The notes: generated by a model from the sequence alone, not told the origin. Shown: positions 1 to 14,847, numbered from the stretch's first letter. The stretch: DNA of 64,000 nt from Eledone cirrhosa (GCA_964016885.1 OZ024741.1:73532001-73596000); one strand, 5' to 3'. Numbers and translations: made by a program.

Positions 1-3000
1 AATGTTAGCTGAAGACACTCCCTGGTTAACTAAAGACACTGCCTCGCTAACTAGAGACACTCCAATGTTAGCTGAAGACACTCTCTGGTTAACTAAAGAC
101 ACTGCCTCGCTAACTAGAGACACTCAAATGTTAGCTGAAGACACTCCCTGGTTAACTAAAGACACTGCCTCGCTAACTAGAGGCACTCCAATGTTAGCTG
201 AAGACACTCCCTGGTTAACTAAAGACACTGCCTCGCTAACTAGAGACACTCCAATGTTAGCTGAAGACACTCCCTGGTTAACTAAAGACACTGCCTCGCT
301 AACTAGAGACACTCCAATGTTAGCTGAAGACACTCCCTGGTTAACTAAAGACACTGCCTCGCTAACTAGAGACACTCCAATGTTAGCTGAAGACACTCCC
401 TGGTTAACTACAGACACTGCCTCGCTAACTAGAGACACTCCAATGTTAGCTGAAGACACTCCCTGGTTAACTAAAGACACTGCCTCGCTAACTAGAGACA
501 CTCCAATGTTAGCTGATGACACTCCCTGGTTAACTAAAGACATTGCCTAGCTAACTAGAGACACTCCAATGTTAGCTGAAGACACTCCCTGGTTAACTAA
601 AGACACTGCCTCGCTAACTAGAGACACTCCAATGTTAGCTGAAGACACTCCCTGGTTAACTAAAGACACTGCCTCGCTAACTAGAGACACTCCAATGTTA
701 GCTGATGACACTCCCTGGTTAACTAAAGACACTGCCTCGCTAACTAGAGACACTCCAATGTTAGCTGAAGACACTCCCTGGTTAACTAAAGACACTGCCT
801 TGCTAACTAGAGACACTCCAATGTTAGCTGAAGACACTCCCTGGTTAACTAAAGACACTGCCTCGCTAACTAGAGACACTCCAATGTTAGCTGAAGACAC
901 TCCCTGGTTAACTAAAGACACTGCCTCGCTAACTAGAGATACTCCACTGTTAGCTGAAGACACTCCCTGGTAAACTAAAGACACTGCCTCGCTAACTAGA
1001 GACACTCCAATGTTAGCTGAAGACACTCCCTGGTTAACTAAAGACACTGCCTCGCTAACTAGAGACACTCCAATGTTAGCTGAAGACACTCGCTGGTTAA
1101 CTAAAGACACTGCCTCGCTAACTAGAGACACTCCAATGTTAGCTGAAGACACTCCCTGGTTAACTAAAGACATTACCTCGCTAACTAGAGACACTCCAAT
1201 GTTAGCTGAAGAGACTCCCTGGTTAACTAAAGACATTACCTCGCTAACTAGAGACACTCCAATGTTAGCTGAAGAGACTCCCTGGTTAACTAAAGAAACT
1301 GCCTCGCTAACTAGAGACACTCCAATGTTAGCTGAAGACACTCGCTGGTTAACTAAAGACACTGCCTCGCTAACTAGAGACACTCCACTGTTAGCTGAAG
1401 ACACTCCCTGGTAAACTAAAGACACTGCCTCGCTAACTAGAGACACTCCAATGTTAGCTGAAGACACTCCCTGGTTAACTAAAGACACTGCCTCGCTAAC
1501 TAGAGACACTCCAATGTTAGCTGAAGACACTCGCTGGTTAACTAAAGACACTGCCTCGCTAACTAGAGACACTCCAATGTTAGCTGAAGACACTCCCTGG
1601 TTAACTAAAGACATTACCTCGCTAACTAGAGACACTCCAATGTTAGCTGAAGAGACTCCCTGGTTAACTAAAGACATTACCTCGCTAACTAGAGACACTC
1701 CAATGTTAGCTGAAGAGACTCCCTGGTTAACTAAAGACACTGCCTCGCTAACTAGAGACACTCCAATGTTAGCTGAAGACACTCCCTGGTTAACTAAAGA
1801 CACTGCCTCGCTAACTAGAGACACTCCAATGTTAGCTGAAGACACTCCCTGGTTAACTAAAGACACTGCCTCGCTAACTAGAGACACTCAAATGTTAGCT
1901 GAAGACACTCCCTGGTTAACTAAAGACACTGCCTCGCTAACTAGAGGCACTCCAATGTTAGCTGAAAACACTCCCTGGTTAACTAAAGACACTGCCTCGC
2001 TAACTAGAGACACTCCAATGTTAGCTGAAGACACTCCCTGGTTAACTAAAGACACTGCCTCGCTAACTAGAGACACTCCAATGTTAGCTGAAGACACTCC
2101 CTGGTTAACTAAAGACACTGCCTCGCTAACTAGAGACACTCCAATGTTAGCTGAAGACACTCCCTGGTTAACTAAAGACACTGCCTCGCTAACTAGAGAC
2201 ACTCCAATGTTAGCTGAAGACACTCCCTGGTTAACTAAAGACACTGCCTCGCTAACTAGAGACACTCCAATGTTAGCTGATGACACTCCCTGGTTAACTA
2301 AAGACACTGCCTCGCTAACTAGAGACACTCCAATGTTAGCTGAAGACACTCCCTGGTTAACTAAAGACACTGCCTCGCTAACTAGAGACACTCCAATGTT
2401 AGCTGAAGACACTCCCTGGTTAACTAAAGACACTGCCTCGCTAACTAGAGACACTCCAATGTTAGCTGATGACACTCCCTGGTTAACTAAAGACACTGCC
2501 TCGCTAACTAGAGACACTCCAATGTTAGCTGAAGACACTCCCTGGTTGACTAAAGACACTGCCTTGCTAACTAGAGACACTCCAATGTTAGCTGAAGACA
2601 CTCCCTGGTTAACTAAAGACACTGCCTCGCTAACTAGAGACACTCCAATGTTAGCTGAAGACACTCCCTGGTTAACTAAAGACACTGCCTCGCTAACTAG
2701 AGATACTCCACTGTTAGCTGAAGACACTCCCTAGTAAACTAAAGACACTGCCTCGCTAACTAGAGACACTCCAATGTTAGCTGAAGACACTCCCTGGTTA
2801 ACTAAAGACACTGCCTCGCTAACTAGAGACACTCCAATGTTAGCTGAAGACACTCGCTGGTTAACTAAAGACACTGCCTCGCTAACTAGAGACACTCCAA
2901 TGTTAGCTGAAGACACTCCCTGGTTAACTAAAGACATTACCTCGCTAACTAGAGACACTCCAATGTTAGCGGAAGAGACTCCCTGATTAACTAAAGACAC

Positions 3001-6000
3001 TGCCTCACTAACTAGAGACACTCCAATGTTAGCTGAAAACACTCCCTGGTTAACTAAAGACACTGTCTCGCTAACTAGAGACACTCCAATGTTAGCTGAA
3101 GACACTCCCTGGTTAACTAAAGACACTGCCTCGCTAACTAGAGGCACTCCAATGTTAGCTGCAGAGACTCCCTGGTTAACTAAATACACTGCCTCGCTAA
3201 CTAGAGACACTCCAATATTAGCTGAAGACACTCCCTGGTTAGCTAAAGACACTGCCTCGCTAACTAGAGGCACTCCAATGTTAGCTGAAGACACTCCCTG
3301 GTTAACTAAAGACACTGCCTCGCTAATTAAAGACACTCCAATGTTAGCTGAAGACACTGCCTGGTTAACTAAAGTCACTGCCTCGCTAAATAGAGACACT
3401 CCAATGTTAGCTGAAGACACTCCCTAGTTAACTAAAGACACTGCCTCGCTAACTAGAGACACTCCAATGTTAGCTGAAGACACTGCCTGGTTAACTAAAG
3501 ACACTGCCTCGCTAACTAGAGACACTACAATGTTAGCTGAAGACACTCCCTGGTTAACTAAAGACACTGCCTCGCTAACTAGAGACACTCCAATATTAGT
3601 TGAAGACACTCCCTGGTTAACTAAAGACACTGCCTCGCTAACTAGAGACACTCCAATGTTAGCTGAAGACACTCCCTGGTTAACTAAAGACACTGCCTCG
3701 CTAACTAGAGACACTCCAATATTAGTTGAAGACACTCCCTGGTTAACTAAAGACACTGTCTCGCTAACTAGAGACACTCCAATGTTAGCTGAAGACACTC
3801 CGTGGTTAACTAAAGACACTGTCTCGCTAACTAGAGACACTCCAATGTTAGCTGAAGACACTCCGTGGTTAACTAAAGACACTGCCTCGCTAACTAGAGA
3901 CACTCCAATGTTAGCTGAAGAAACTCCCTGGTTAACTAAAGACACTGCCTCGCTAACTAGAGACACTCCAATGTTAGCTGAAGACACTCCCTGGTTAACT
4001 AAAGACACTGCCTCGCTAAATAGAGTCACTCCAATGTTAGCTGAAGACACTCCCTGGTGAACTAAAGACACTGCTTCGCTAACTAGAGACACTCCAATGT
4101 TAGCTGAAGACACTCCCCGGTTAACTAAAGACACTGCCTCGCTAACTAGAGTCACTCCAATGTTAGCTGAAGACACTCTCTGGTTAACTAAAGACACTGC
4201 CTCGCTAACTAGAGACACTCAAATGTTAGCTGAAGACACTCTCTGGTTAACTAATGACACTGTCTCGCTAACTAGAGACACTCCAATGTTAGCTGAAGAC
4301 ACTCTCTGGTTAACTAAAGACACTGCCTCGCTAACTAGAGACACTCCAATGTTAGCTGAAGACACTCTCTGGTTAACTAAAGACACTGTCTCGCTAACTA
4401 GAGACACTCCAATGTTAGCTGAAGACACTCTCTGGTTAACTAAAGACACTGCCTCGCTAACTAGAGACACTCCAATGTTAGGTGAAGACACTCCCTCGTT
4501 AATTAAAGACACTGCCTCGCTAACTAGAGACACTCCAATGTTAGCTGAAGACACTCCCTTTTTAACTAAAGACACTGCCTCGCTAACTAAAGACACTCCA
4601 ATGTTAGCTGAAGACACGTCCTGATTAACTAAAGACAGTGCCTCGCTAACTAGAGACACTCCAATGTTAGCTGAAGACACTCCCTGGTTAACTAAAGACA
4701 CTGCCTCGCTAACTAGAGACACTCCAATGTTAGCTGAAGACACTCCCTGGTTAACTAAAGACACTGTCTCGCTAACTAGAGACACTCCAATGTTAGCTCA
4801 AGACACTCCCTGATTAACTAAAGACACTGCCTCGCTAACTAGAGACACTCCAATGTTAGCTGAAGACACTCCCTGGTTAACTAAAGACACTGCCTCGCTA
4901 AATAGAGACACTCCAATGTTAGCTGAAGACACTGCCTGGTTAACTAAAGACACTGCCTCGCTAACTAGAGACACTCCAATGTTAGCTGAAGACACTCCCT
5001 GGTTAACTAAAGACACTGCCTCGCTAACTAGAGACGCTCCAATGTTAGCTGAAGACACTCCCTGGTTAACTAAAGACACTGCCTCGCTAACTAGAGACAC
5101 TCCAATGTTAGCTGAAAACACTCCCTGGTTAACTAAAGACACTGTCTCGCTAACTAGAGACACTCCAATGTTAGCTCAAGACACTCCCTGGTTAACTAAA
5201 GACACTGCCTCGCTAACTAGAGGCACTCCAATGTTAGCTGCAGAGACTCCCTGGTTAACTAAATACACTGCCTCGCTAACTAGAGACACTCCAATATTAG
5301 CTGAAGACACTCCCTGGTTAGCTAAAGACACTGCCTCGCTAACTAGAGGCACTCCAATGTTAGCTGAAGACACTCCCTGGTTAACTAAAGACACTGCCTC
5401 GCTAATTAAAGACACTCCAATGTTAGCTGAAGACACTGCCTGGTTAACTAAAGTCACTGCCTCGCTAAATAGAGACACTCCAATGTTAGCTGAAGACACT
5501 GCCTGGTTAACTAAAAACACTGCCTCGCTAACTAGAGACACTCCAATGTTAGCTGAAGACACTCCCTGGTTAACTAAAGACACTGCCTCGCTAACTAGAG
5601 ACACTCCAATGTTAGCTGAAGACACTCCCTTGTTAACTAAAGACATTACCTCGCTAACTAGAGACACTCCAATGTTAGCTGAAGAGACTCCCTGGTTAAC
5701 TAAAGACATTACCTCGCTAACTAGAGACACTCCAATGTTAGCTGAAGAGACTCCCTGGTTAACTAAAGACACTGCCTCGCTAACTAGAGACACTCCAATG
5801 TTAGCTGAAGACACTCCCTGGTTAACTAAAGACACTGCTTCGCTAACTAGAGACACTCCAATGTTAGCTGAAGACACTCCCTGGTTAACTAAAGACACTG
5901 CCTCGCTAACTAGAGACACTCAAATGTTAGCTGAAGACACTCCCTGGTTAACTAAAGACACTGCCTCGCTAACTAGAGGCACTCCAATGTTAGCTGAAGA

Positions 6001-9000
6001 CACTCCCTGGTTAACTAAAGACACTGCCTCGCTAACTAGAGACACTCCAATGTTAGCTGAAGACACTCCCTGGTTAACTAAAGACACTGCCTCGCTAACT
6101 AGAGACACTCCAATGTTAGCTGAAGACACTCCCTGGTTAACTAAAGACACTGCCTCGCTAACTAGAGACACTCCAATGTTAGCTGAAGACACTCCCTGGT
6201 TAACTACAGACACTGCCTCGCTAACTAGAGACACTCCAATGTTAGCTGAAGACACTCCCTGGTTAACTAAAGACACTGCCTCGCTAACTAGAGACACTCC
6301 AATGTTAGCTGATGACACTCCCTGGTTAACTAAAGACATTGCCTCGCTAACTAGAGACACTCCAATGTTAGCTGAAGACACTCCCTGGTTAACTAAAGAC
6401 ACTGCCTCGCTAACTAGAGACACTCCAATGTTAGCTGAAGACACTCCCTGGTTAACTAAAGACACTGCCTCGCTAACTAGAGACACTCCAATGTTAGCTG
6501 ATGACACTCCCTGGTTAACTAAAGACACTGCCTCGCTAACTAGAGACACTCCAATGTTAGCTGAAGACACTCCCTGGTTAACTAAAGACACTGCCTTGTT
6601 AACTAGAGACACTCCAATGTTAGCTGAAGACACTCCCTGGTTAACTAAAGACACTGCCTCGCTAACTAGAGACACTCCAATGTTAGCTGAAGACACTCCC
6701 TGGTTAACTAAAGACACTGCCTCGCTAACTAGAGATACTCCACTGTTAGCTGAAGACACTCCCTGGTAAACTAAAGACACTGCCTCGCTAACTAGAGACA
6801 CTCCAATGTTAGCTGAAGACACTCCCTGGTTAACTAAAGACACTGCCTCGCTAACTAGAGACACTCCAATGTTAGCTGAAGACACTCCCTGGTTAACTAA
6901 AGACACTGCCTCGCTAACTAGAGACACTCCAATGTTAGCTGAAGACACTCCCTGGTTAACTACAGACACTGCCTCGCTAACTAGAGACACTCCAATGTTA
7001 GCTGAAGACACTCCCTGGTTAACTAAAGACACTGCCTCGCTAACTAGAGACACTCCAATGTTAGCTGATGACACTCCCTGGTTAACTAAAGACATTGCCT
7101 CGCTAACTAGAGACACTCCAATGTTAGCTGAAGACACTCCCTGGTTAACTAAAGACACTGCCTCGCTAACTAGAGACACTCCAATGTTAGCTGAAGACAC
7201 TCCCTGGTTAACTAAAGACACTGCCTCGCTAACTAGAGACACTCCAATGTTAGCTGATGACACTCCCTGGTTAACTAAAGACACTGCCTCGCTAACTAGA
7301 GACACTCCAATGTTAGCTGAAGACACTCCCTGGTTAACTAAAGACACTGCCTTGTTAACTAGAGACACTCCAATGTTAGCTGAAGACACTCCCTGGTTAA
7401 CTAAAGACACTGCCTCGCTAACTAGAGACACTCCAATGTTAGCTGAAGACACTCCCTGGTTAACTAAAGACACTGCCTCGCTAACTAGAGATACTCCACT
7501 GTTAGCTGAAGACACTCCCTGGTAAACTAAAGACACTGCCTCGCTAACTAGAGACACTCCAATGTTAGCTGAAGACACTCCCTGGTTAACTAAAGACACT
7601 GTCTCGCTAACTAGAGACACTCCAATGTTAGCTGAAGACACTCGCTGGTTAACTAAAGACACTGCCTCGCTAACTAGAGACACTCCAATGTTAGCTGAAG
7701 ACACTCCCTGGTTAACTAAAGACATTACCTCGCTAACTAGAGACACTCCAATGTTAGCTGAAGAGACTCCCTGGTTAACTAAAGACATTACCTCGCTAAC
7801 TAGAGACACTCCAATGTTAGCTGAAGAGACTCCCTGGTTAACTAAAGAAACTGCCTCGCTAACTAGAGACACTCCAATGTTAGCTGAAGACACTCGCTGG
7901 TTAACTAAAGACACTGCCTCGCTAACTAGAGACACTCCACTGTTAGCTGAAGACACTCCCTGGTAAACTAAAGACACTGCCTCGCTAACTAGAGACACTC
8001 CAATGTTAGCTGAAGACACTCCCTGGTTAACTAAAGACACTGCCTCGCTAACTAGAGACACTCCAATGTTAGCTGAAGACACTCGCTGGTTAACTAAAGA
8101 CACTGCCTCGCTAACTAGAGACACTCCAATGTTAGCTGAAGACACTCCCTGGTTAACTAAAGTCATTACCTCGCTAACTAGAGACACTCCAATGTTAGCT
8201 GAAGAGACTCCCTGGTTAACTAAAGACATTACCTCGCTAACTAGAGACACTCCAATGTTAGCTGAAGACACTCCCTGGTTAACTAAAGACACTGCCTCGC
8301 TAACTAGAGACGCTCCAATGTTAGCTGAAGACACTCCCTGGTTAACTAAAGACACTGCCTCGCTAACTAGAGACACTCCAATGTTAGCTGAAAACACTCC
8401 CTGGTTAACTAAAGACACTGTCTCGCTAACTAGAGACACTCCAATGTTAGCTCAAGACACTCCCTGGTTAACTAAAGACACTGCCTCGCTAACTAGAGGC
8501 ACTCCAATGTTAGCTGCAGAGACTCCCTGGTTAACTAAATACACTGCCTCGCTAACTAGAGACACTCCAATATTAGCTGAAGACACTCCCTGGTTAGCTA
8601 AAGACACTGCCTCGCTAACTAGAGGCACTCCAATGTTAGCTGAAGACACTCCCTGGTTAACTAAAGACACTGCCTCGCTAATTAAAGACACTCCAATGTT
8701 AGCTGAAGACACTGCCTGGTTAACTAAAGTCACTGCCTCGCTAAATAGAGCCACTCCAATGTTAGCTGAAGACACTGCCTGGTTAACTAAAAACACTGCC
8801 TCGCTAACTAGAGACACTCCAATGTTAGCTGAAGACACTCCCTGGTTAACTAAAGACACTGCCTCGCTAACTAGAGACACTCCAATGTTAGCTGAAGACA
8901 CTCCTTTGTTAACTAAAGACATTACCTCGCTAACTAGAGACACTCCAATGTTAGCTGAAGAGACTCCCTGGTTAACTAAAGACATTACCTCGCTAACTAG

Positions 9001-12000
9001 AGACACTCCAATGTTAGCTGAAGAGACTCCCTGGTTAACTAAAGACACTGCCTCGCTAACTAGAGACACTCCAATGTTAGCTGAAGACACTCCCTGGTTA
9101 CCTAAAGACACTGCTTCGCTAACTAGAGACACTCCAATGTTAGCTGAAGACACTCCCTGGTTAACTAAAGACACTGCCTCGCTAACTAGAGACACTCAAA
9201 TGTTAGCTGAAGACACTCCCTGGTTAACTAAAGACACTGCCTCGCTAACTAGAGGCACTCCAATGTTAGCTGAAGACACTCCCTGGTTAACTAAAGACAC
9301 TGCCTCGCTAACTAGAGACACTCCAATGTTAGCTGAAGACACTCCCTGGTTAACTAAAGACACTGCCTCGCTAACTAGAGACACTCCAATGTTAGCTGAA
9401 GACACTCCCTGGTTAACTAAAGACACTGCCTCGCTAACTAGAGACACTCCAATGTTAGCTGAAGACACTCCCTGGTTAACTACAGACACTGCCTCGCTAA
9501 CTAGAGACACTCCAATGTTAGCTGAAGACACTCCCTGGTTAACTAAAGACACTGCCTCGCTAACTAGAGACACTCCAATGTTAGCTGATGACACTCCCTG
9601 GTTAACTAAAGACATTGCCTCGCTAACTAGAGACACTCCAATGTTAGCTGAAGACACTCCCTGGTTAACTAAAGACACTGCCTCGCTAACTAGAGACACT
9701 CCAATGTTAGCTGAAGACACTCCCTGGTTAACTAAAGACACTGCCTCGCTAACTAGAGACACTCCAATGTTAGCTGATGACACTCCCTGGTTAACTAAAG
9801 ACACTGCCTCGCTAACTAGAGACACTCCAATGTTAGCTGAAGACACTCCCTGGTTAACTAAAGACACTGCCTTGTTAACTAGAGACACTCCAATGTTAGC
9901 TGAAGACACTCCCTGGTTAACTAAAGACACTGCCTCGCTAACTAGAGACACTCCAATGTTAGCTGAAGACACTCCCTGGTTAACTAAAGACACTGCCTCG
10001 CTAACTAGAGATACTCCACTGTTAGCTGAAGACACTCCCTGGTAAACTAAAGACACTGCCTCGCTAACTAGAGACACTCCAATGTTAGCTGAAGACACTC
10101 CCTGGTTAACTAAAGACACTGCCTCGCTAACTAGAGACACTCCAATGTTAGCTGAAGACACTCGCTGGTTAACTAAAGACACTGCCTCGCTAACTAGAGA
10201 CACTCCAATGTTAGCTGAAGACACTCCCTGGTTAACTAAAGACATTACCTCGCTAACTAGAGACACTCCAATGTTAGCTGAAGAGACTCCCTGGTTAACT
10301 AAAGACATTACCTCGCTAACTAGAGACACTCCAATGTTAGCTGAAGAGACTCCCTGGTTAACTAAAGAAACTGCCTCGCTAACTAGAGACACTCCAATGT
10401 TAGCTGAAGACACTCGCTGGTTAACTAAAGACACTGCCTCGCTAACTAGAGACACTCCACTGTTAGCTGAAGACACTCCCTGGTAAACTAAAGACACTGC
10501 CTCGCTAACTAGAGACACTCCAATGTTAGCTGAAGACACTCCCTGGTTAACTAAAGACACTGCCTCGCTAACTAGAGACACTCCAATGTTAGCTGAAGAC
10601 ACTCGCTGGTTAACTAAAGACACTGCCTCGCTAACTAGAGACACTCCAATGTTAGCTGAAGACACTCCCTGGTTAACTAAAGTCATTACCTCGCTAACTA
10701 GAGACACTCCAATGTTAGCTGAAGAGACTCCCTGGTTAACTAAAGACATTACCTCGCTAACTAGAGACACTCCAATGTTAGCTGAAGAGACTCCCTGGTT
10801 AACTAAAGACACTGCCTCGCTAACTAGAGACACTCCAATGTTAGCTGAAGACACTCCCTGGTTAACTAAAGACACTGCCTCGCTAACTAGAGACACTCCA
10901 ATGTTAGCTGAAGACACTCCCTGGTTAACTAAAGACACTGCCTCGCTAACTAGAGACACTCAAATGTTAGCTGAAGACACTCCCTGGTTAACTAAAGACA
11001 CTGCCTCGCTAACTAGAGGCACTCCAATGTTAGCTGAAGACACTCCCTGGTTAACTAAAGACACTGCCTCGCTAACTAGAGACACTCCAATGTTAGCTGA
11101 AGACACTCCCTGGTTAACTAAAGACACTGCCTCGCTAACTAGAGACACTCCAATGTTAGCTGAAGACACTCCCTGGTTAACTAAAGACACTGCCTCGCTA
11201 ACTAGAGACACTCCAATGTTAGCTGAAGACACTCCCTGGTTAACTAAAGACACTGCCTCGCTAACTAGAGACACTCCAATGTTAGCTGAAGACACTCCCT
11301 GGTTAACTAAAGACACTGCCTCGCTAACTAGAGACACTCCAATGTTAGCTGATGACACTCCCTGGTTAACTAAAGACACTGCCTCGCTAACTAGAGACAC
11401 TCCAATGTTAGCTGAAGACACTCCCTGGTTAACTAAAGACACTGCCTCGCTAACTAGAGACACTCCAATGTTAGCTGAAGACACTCCCTGGTTAACTAAA
11501 GACACTGCCTCGCTAACTAGAGACACTCCAATGTTAGCTGATGACACTCCCTGGTTAACTAAAGACACTGCCTCGCTAACTAGAGACACTCCAATGTTAG
11601 CTGAAGACACTCCCTGGTTAACTAAAGACACTGCCTTGCTAACTAGAGACACTCCAATGTTAGCTGAAGACACTCCCTGGTTAACTAAAGACACTGCCTC
11701 GCTAACTAGAGACACTCCAATGTTAGCTGAAGACACTCCCTGGTTAACTAAAGACACTGCCTCGCTAACTAGAGATACTCCACTGTTAGCTGAAGACACT
11801 CCCTGGTAAACTAAAGACACTGCCTCGCTAACTAGAGACACTCCAATGTTAGCTGAAGACACTCCCTGGTTAACTAAAGACACTGCCTCGCTAACTAGAG
11901 ACACTCCAATGTTAGCTGAAGACACTCGCTGGTTAACTAAAGACACTGCCTCGCTAACTAGAGACACTCCAATGTTAGCTGAAGACACTCCCTGGTTAAC

Positions 12001-12474
12001 TAAAGACATTACCTCGCTAACTAGAGACACTCCAATGTTAGCTGAAGAGACTCCCTGATTAACTAAAGACATTACCTCGCTAACTAGAGACACTCCAATG
12101 TTAGCTGAAGAGACTCCCTGGTTAACTAAAGACACTGCCTCGCTAACTAGAGACACTCCAATGTTAGCTGAAGACACTCCCTGGTTAACTAAAGACACTG
12201 CCTCGCTAACTAGAGACACTCCAATGTTAGCTGAAGACACTCCCTGGTTAACTAAAGACACTGCCTCGCTAACTAGAGACACTCCAATGTTAGCTGAATA
12301 CACTGCCTGGTTAAATAATGACACTGCTTCGCTAACTAGAGACAAACCCATATTAACTGGAACTGCTCCCTTCACGACAAAGCCAGATTTGCTGACTAGG
12401 AACACACGTACGTTGCTTCCCAACACTTCCAGGTTAGCCGAAGACATTCCATTGTTAACTTGGGACACTCCTAC
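1..12474. repeat. 63-bp tandem satellite (about 198 units, runs off the left edge) built from three 21-bp sub-repeats
   Basis: Unit GACACTCCAATGTTAGCTGAA-GACACTCCCTGGTTAACTAAA-GACACTGCCTCGCTAACTAGA. All + strand ORF starts (2, 569, 1010 ... 12098) differ by exact multiples of 63, so there is no net indel. One frame per strand is open in the consensus, but each is broken by more than 10 point-mutation stops. Confidence 0.97.
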
Positions 12475-13207
12475 GTGAGTGTAATTCTATGAGGTGTGTA
12501 TATGTGTACATTTGTGCTGTAGTATATATGTGTTTGTATGCGTGAGTGTTTGTGTGTGTTTTTGATTGTGGGCGTATAGAGTATAAGTGTTTGTGTATGT
12601 TTGTATGTGGGGTGTGTATCACTATGGTTATGTTTGCGTGTGGGGGATGTGTGTGAATGTATTTGAGAGTGAGTATGTGTGCGCGTCTGTGGGTATGTTC
12701 ATATATGTGTATGCAGGTGTGTAAGTGAGTGTGTGTTTATGCATCAACTTTAAGGTGTAAGAAACGTGTGTGTGTGTGTGTATACTGGTGTTGGTCATAC
12801 AAGAATTCTGTACACGATCAATAACCGGTCAAGAATCAGTTATTTTCTGAAAAGAAATATAAAGTCGCCTTCTAGAAGGAATTTGAGGGTTACGTGTGTG
12901 CAGAGGTATAGATATGTGTTGTGTTGTATATACGTGTGTTGAGAAAGTGACTGTGTATTGGTGAGGCGACTGAAGTTGTTTATGAAGGCAGACACACAAA
13001 CACTCACGCAAACACACAAACACTCACGCAAACGCACACACAAACACTCACGCAAACGCACACACAAACTGTTTTAACGGGGGTTCTAGCGATGAGTTTT
13101 CTCATTTTTATATGTATATATGTATGCATATATATATATATGTATGTGTATATATATATATCAACATACATTTATACATACTTATATATACATTTATACA
13201 GACACAT

Positions 13208-13331
<124 letters not shown>

Positions 13332-13360
13332 TGTGCGTGTATGTATTATAATTATATATA

Positions 13361-13540
13361 AAATGACTTCTACAGGACTAGAACTATTTCATTCATATTA
13401 AGATTTCATACGAATGAAAGAGTTCTAGTCCTGAAGAAGTCGTTTCTATATATAATAAAGATGTATATACTCTACCAACGTACTGAGTACCTTTGTAACT
13501 GCAGTTGCCACTTACACAACTGGGGAACTTACATATTATA
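13361..13540 (+). repeat. Short foldback (13361-13445) plus 3' tail with bulged hairpin; probable PLE pseudo-LTR remnant
   Basis: GACTTCTACAGGACTAGAACT ... AGTTCTAGTCCTGAAGAAGTC inverted arms, then AATAAA, then TACTC-TAC-CAAC-GTA-CT-GAGTA at 13468-13489. Confidence 0.6.
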
Positions 13541-13840
13541 CATACATACACATATACATATGTAATATGTATATATTAATAAGAGGAATTCCAACTTTGT
13601 CTGATTTACTCGTTTTATTTACAATCCTTTAAAATATATATAATACGGTATTATAATGAAATAGTATGATAGAATATTAAATTCTAAGTGTTAATTGAAC
13701 AAGTACTTTTTTTTCAACTTATCGTTTTCGGTATGCCTGACCGATTTAACTCACTCAATATGCAAATTAGGCTGCTCAGCCGTTAATTTTCATAAGGAAA
13801 GTATATACTTTCGAACGTTCAACTATCTGGCAGATGGGTA

Positions 13841-13885
13841 AACGGTGCTGATGATAGCTAACAAGCTTGAAACTAGTACATCGTT
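13841..13885 (+). ncRNA. Minimal type I hammerhead ribozyme
   Basis: Stem I AACGGTG/CATCGTT; core CTGATGA (13848-54); stem II AGCT-AACA-AGCT; GAAA (13869-72); palindromic stem III ACTAGT; cleavage triplet GTA. Confidence 0.85.
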
Positions 13886-14035
13886 CCTGTGTCAGTGTTG
13901 AACAAAAAGGTGACGTGGTTGCCTTAACACCGTATGGCATAAATCAGTCTGTTCGCTTGTTTACAAACGGACAAAGCGGGCGTTATAATAAACGTTCGCT
14001 AAACTGATACGTACATATATATATGTGTACCTGTA

Positions 14036-14073
<38 letters not shown>

Positions 14074-14233
14074 TGCTACTGTACGTCTGTATACATATAT
14101 GTATGTACGTATACATACATACTTACATTTAAGTAAGTGCCGTACTAAGAGTGAGAAATGAAATTTCGTTTCATTATATTGCAACTTATATATATATATA
14201 TATACACTTATGTATTTATATATATATATATAC

Positions 14234-14327
<94 letters not shown>

Positions 14328-14329
14328 AA

Positions 14330-14612
14330 TGGAACCGGTAAGGTATATTACTTGAACCGATAAGGTATATTTTCTTGGTTATGTCAAAATTTATAAAACA
14401 AACTTTGTATTTTATCTGATGAAAGGGTACCAAAGTTTTGGTACCATTGAAATATATATATCATAGCATAAATATGGTTTTATAAATATAGTTTCCATTT
14501 ATTAAATATCATTGAATATTATACTCCAAAAAACTTGTAGAGTGCTCTGGATCAGTTATAAACATTTATATTTGTTGAATTACCAACAAATTGAATATCC
14601 CTTTTGCTTATA
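14330..14612 (+). mobile_element. PLE pseudo-LTR fragment (family also at 21851-22135 and 43440-43900) between (TA)n runs
   Basis: Shares AATATGGTTTTATAAATATAGTTTCCATTT and the downstream tail with the other two loci; contains a hammerhead and the bulged tail hairpin (14522-14544). Confidence 0.7.
14408..14470 (+). ncRNA. Minimal hammerhead ribozyme
   Basis: TATTTTAT-CTGATGA-AAG-GGTACCAAA-GT-TTTGGTACC-ATT-GAAA-TATATATA-TC-ATAGCATA; stem I has one mismatch. Confidence 0.7.
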
Positions 14613-14847
14613 TACTATATATATATATATATATATACGTACACACACAGAGACATATGTATGTGGGGTGGGGTTAATTAGACTATAGGTACAGATATTG
14701 ATCACAAAAAAAAATAAAAGCATTGACATTTACAACTATTCCAAAAGTTTATATGTACCGGAGAAAAATATTGACATACAAATACACATATATTGTATAC
14801 ATATAAATACACATGTATATATGTATATATGTATAAATGTATATATG

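Noticed and set aside
1-12474. CRISPR array
   Set aside because: No unique spacers; all 63 bp repeat; eukaryotic context and no cas genes.
2-12478. Single giant intact repeat protein, or selenocysteine/readthrough recoding of the stops
   Set aside because: Both frames contain mixed stop types (TAA/TAG/TGA on +, TAG/TGA on -) arising as ordinary point variants, and many variants are non-synonymous. Retained only as a hypothesis for the terminus.
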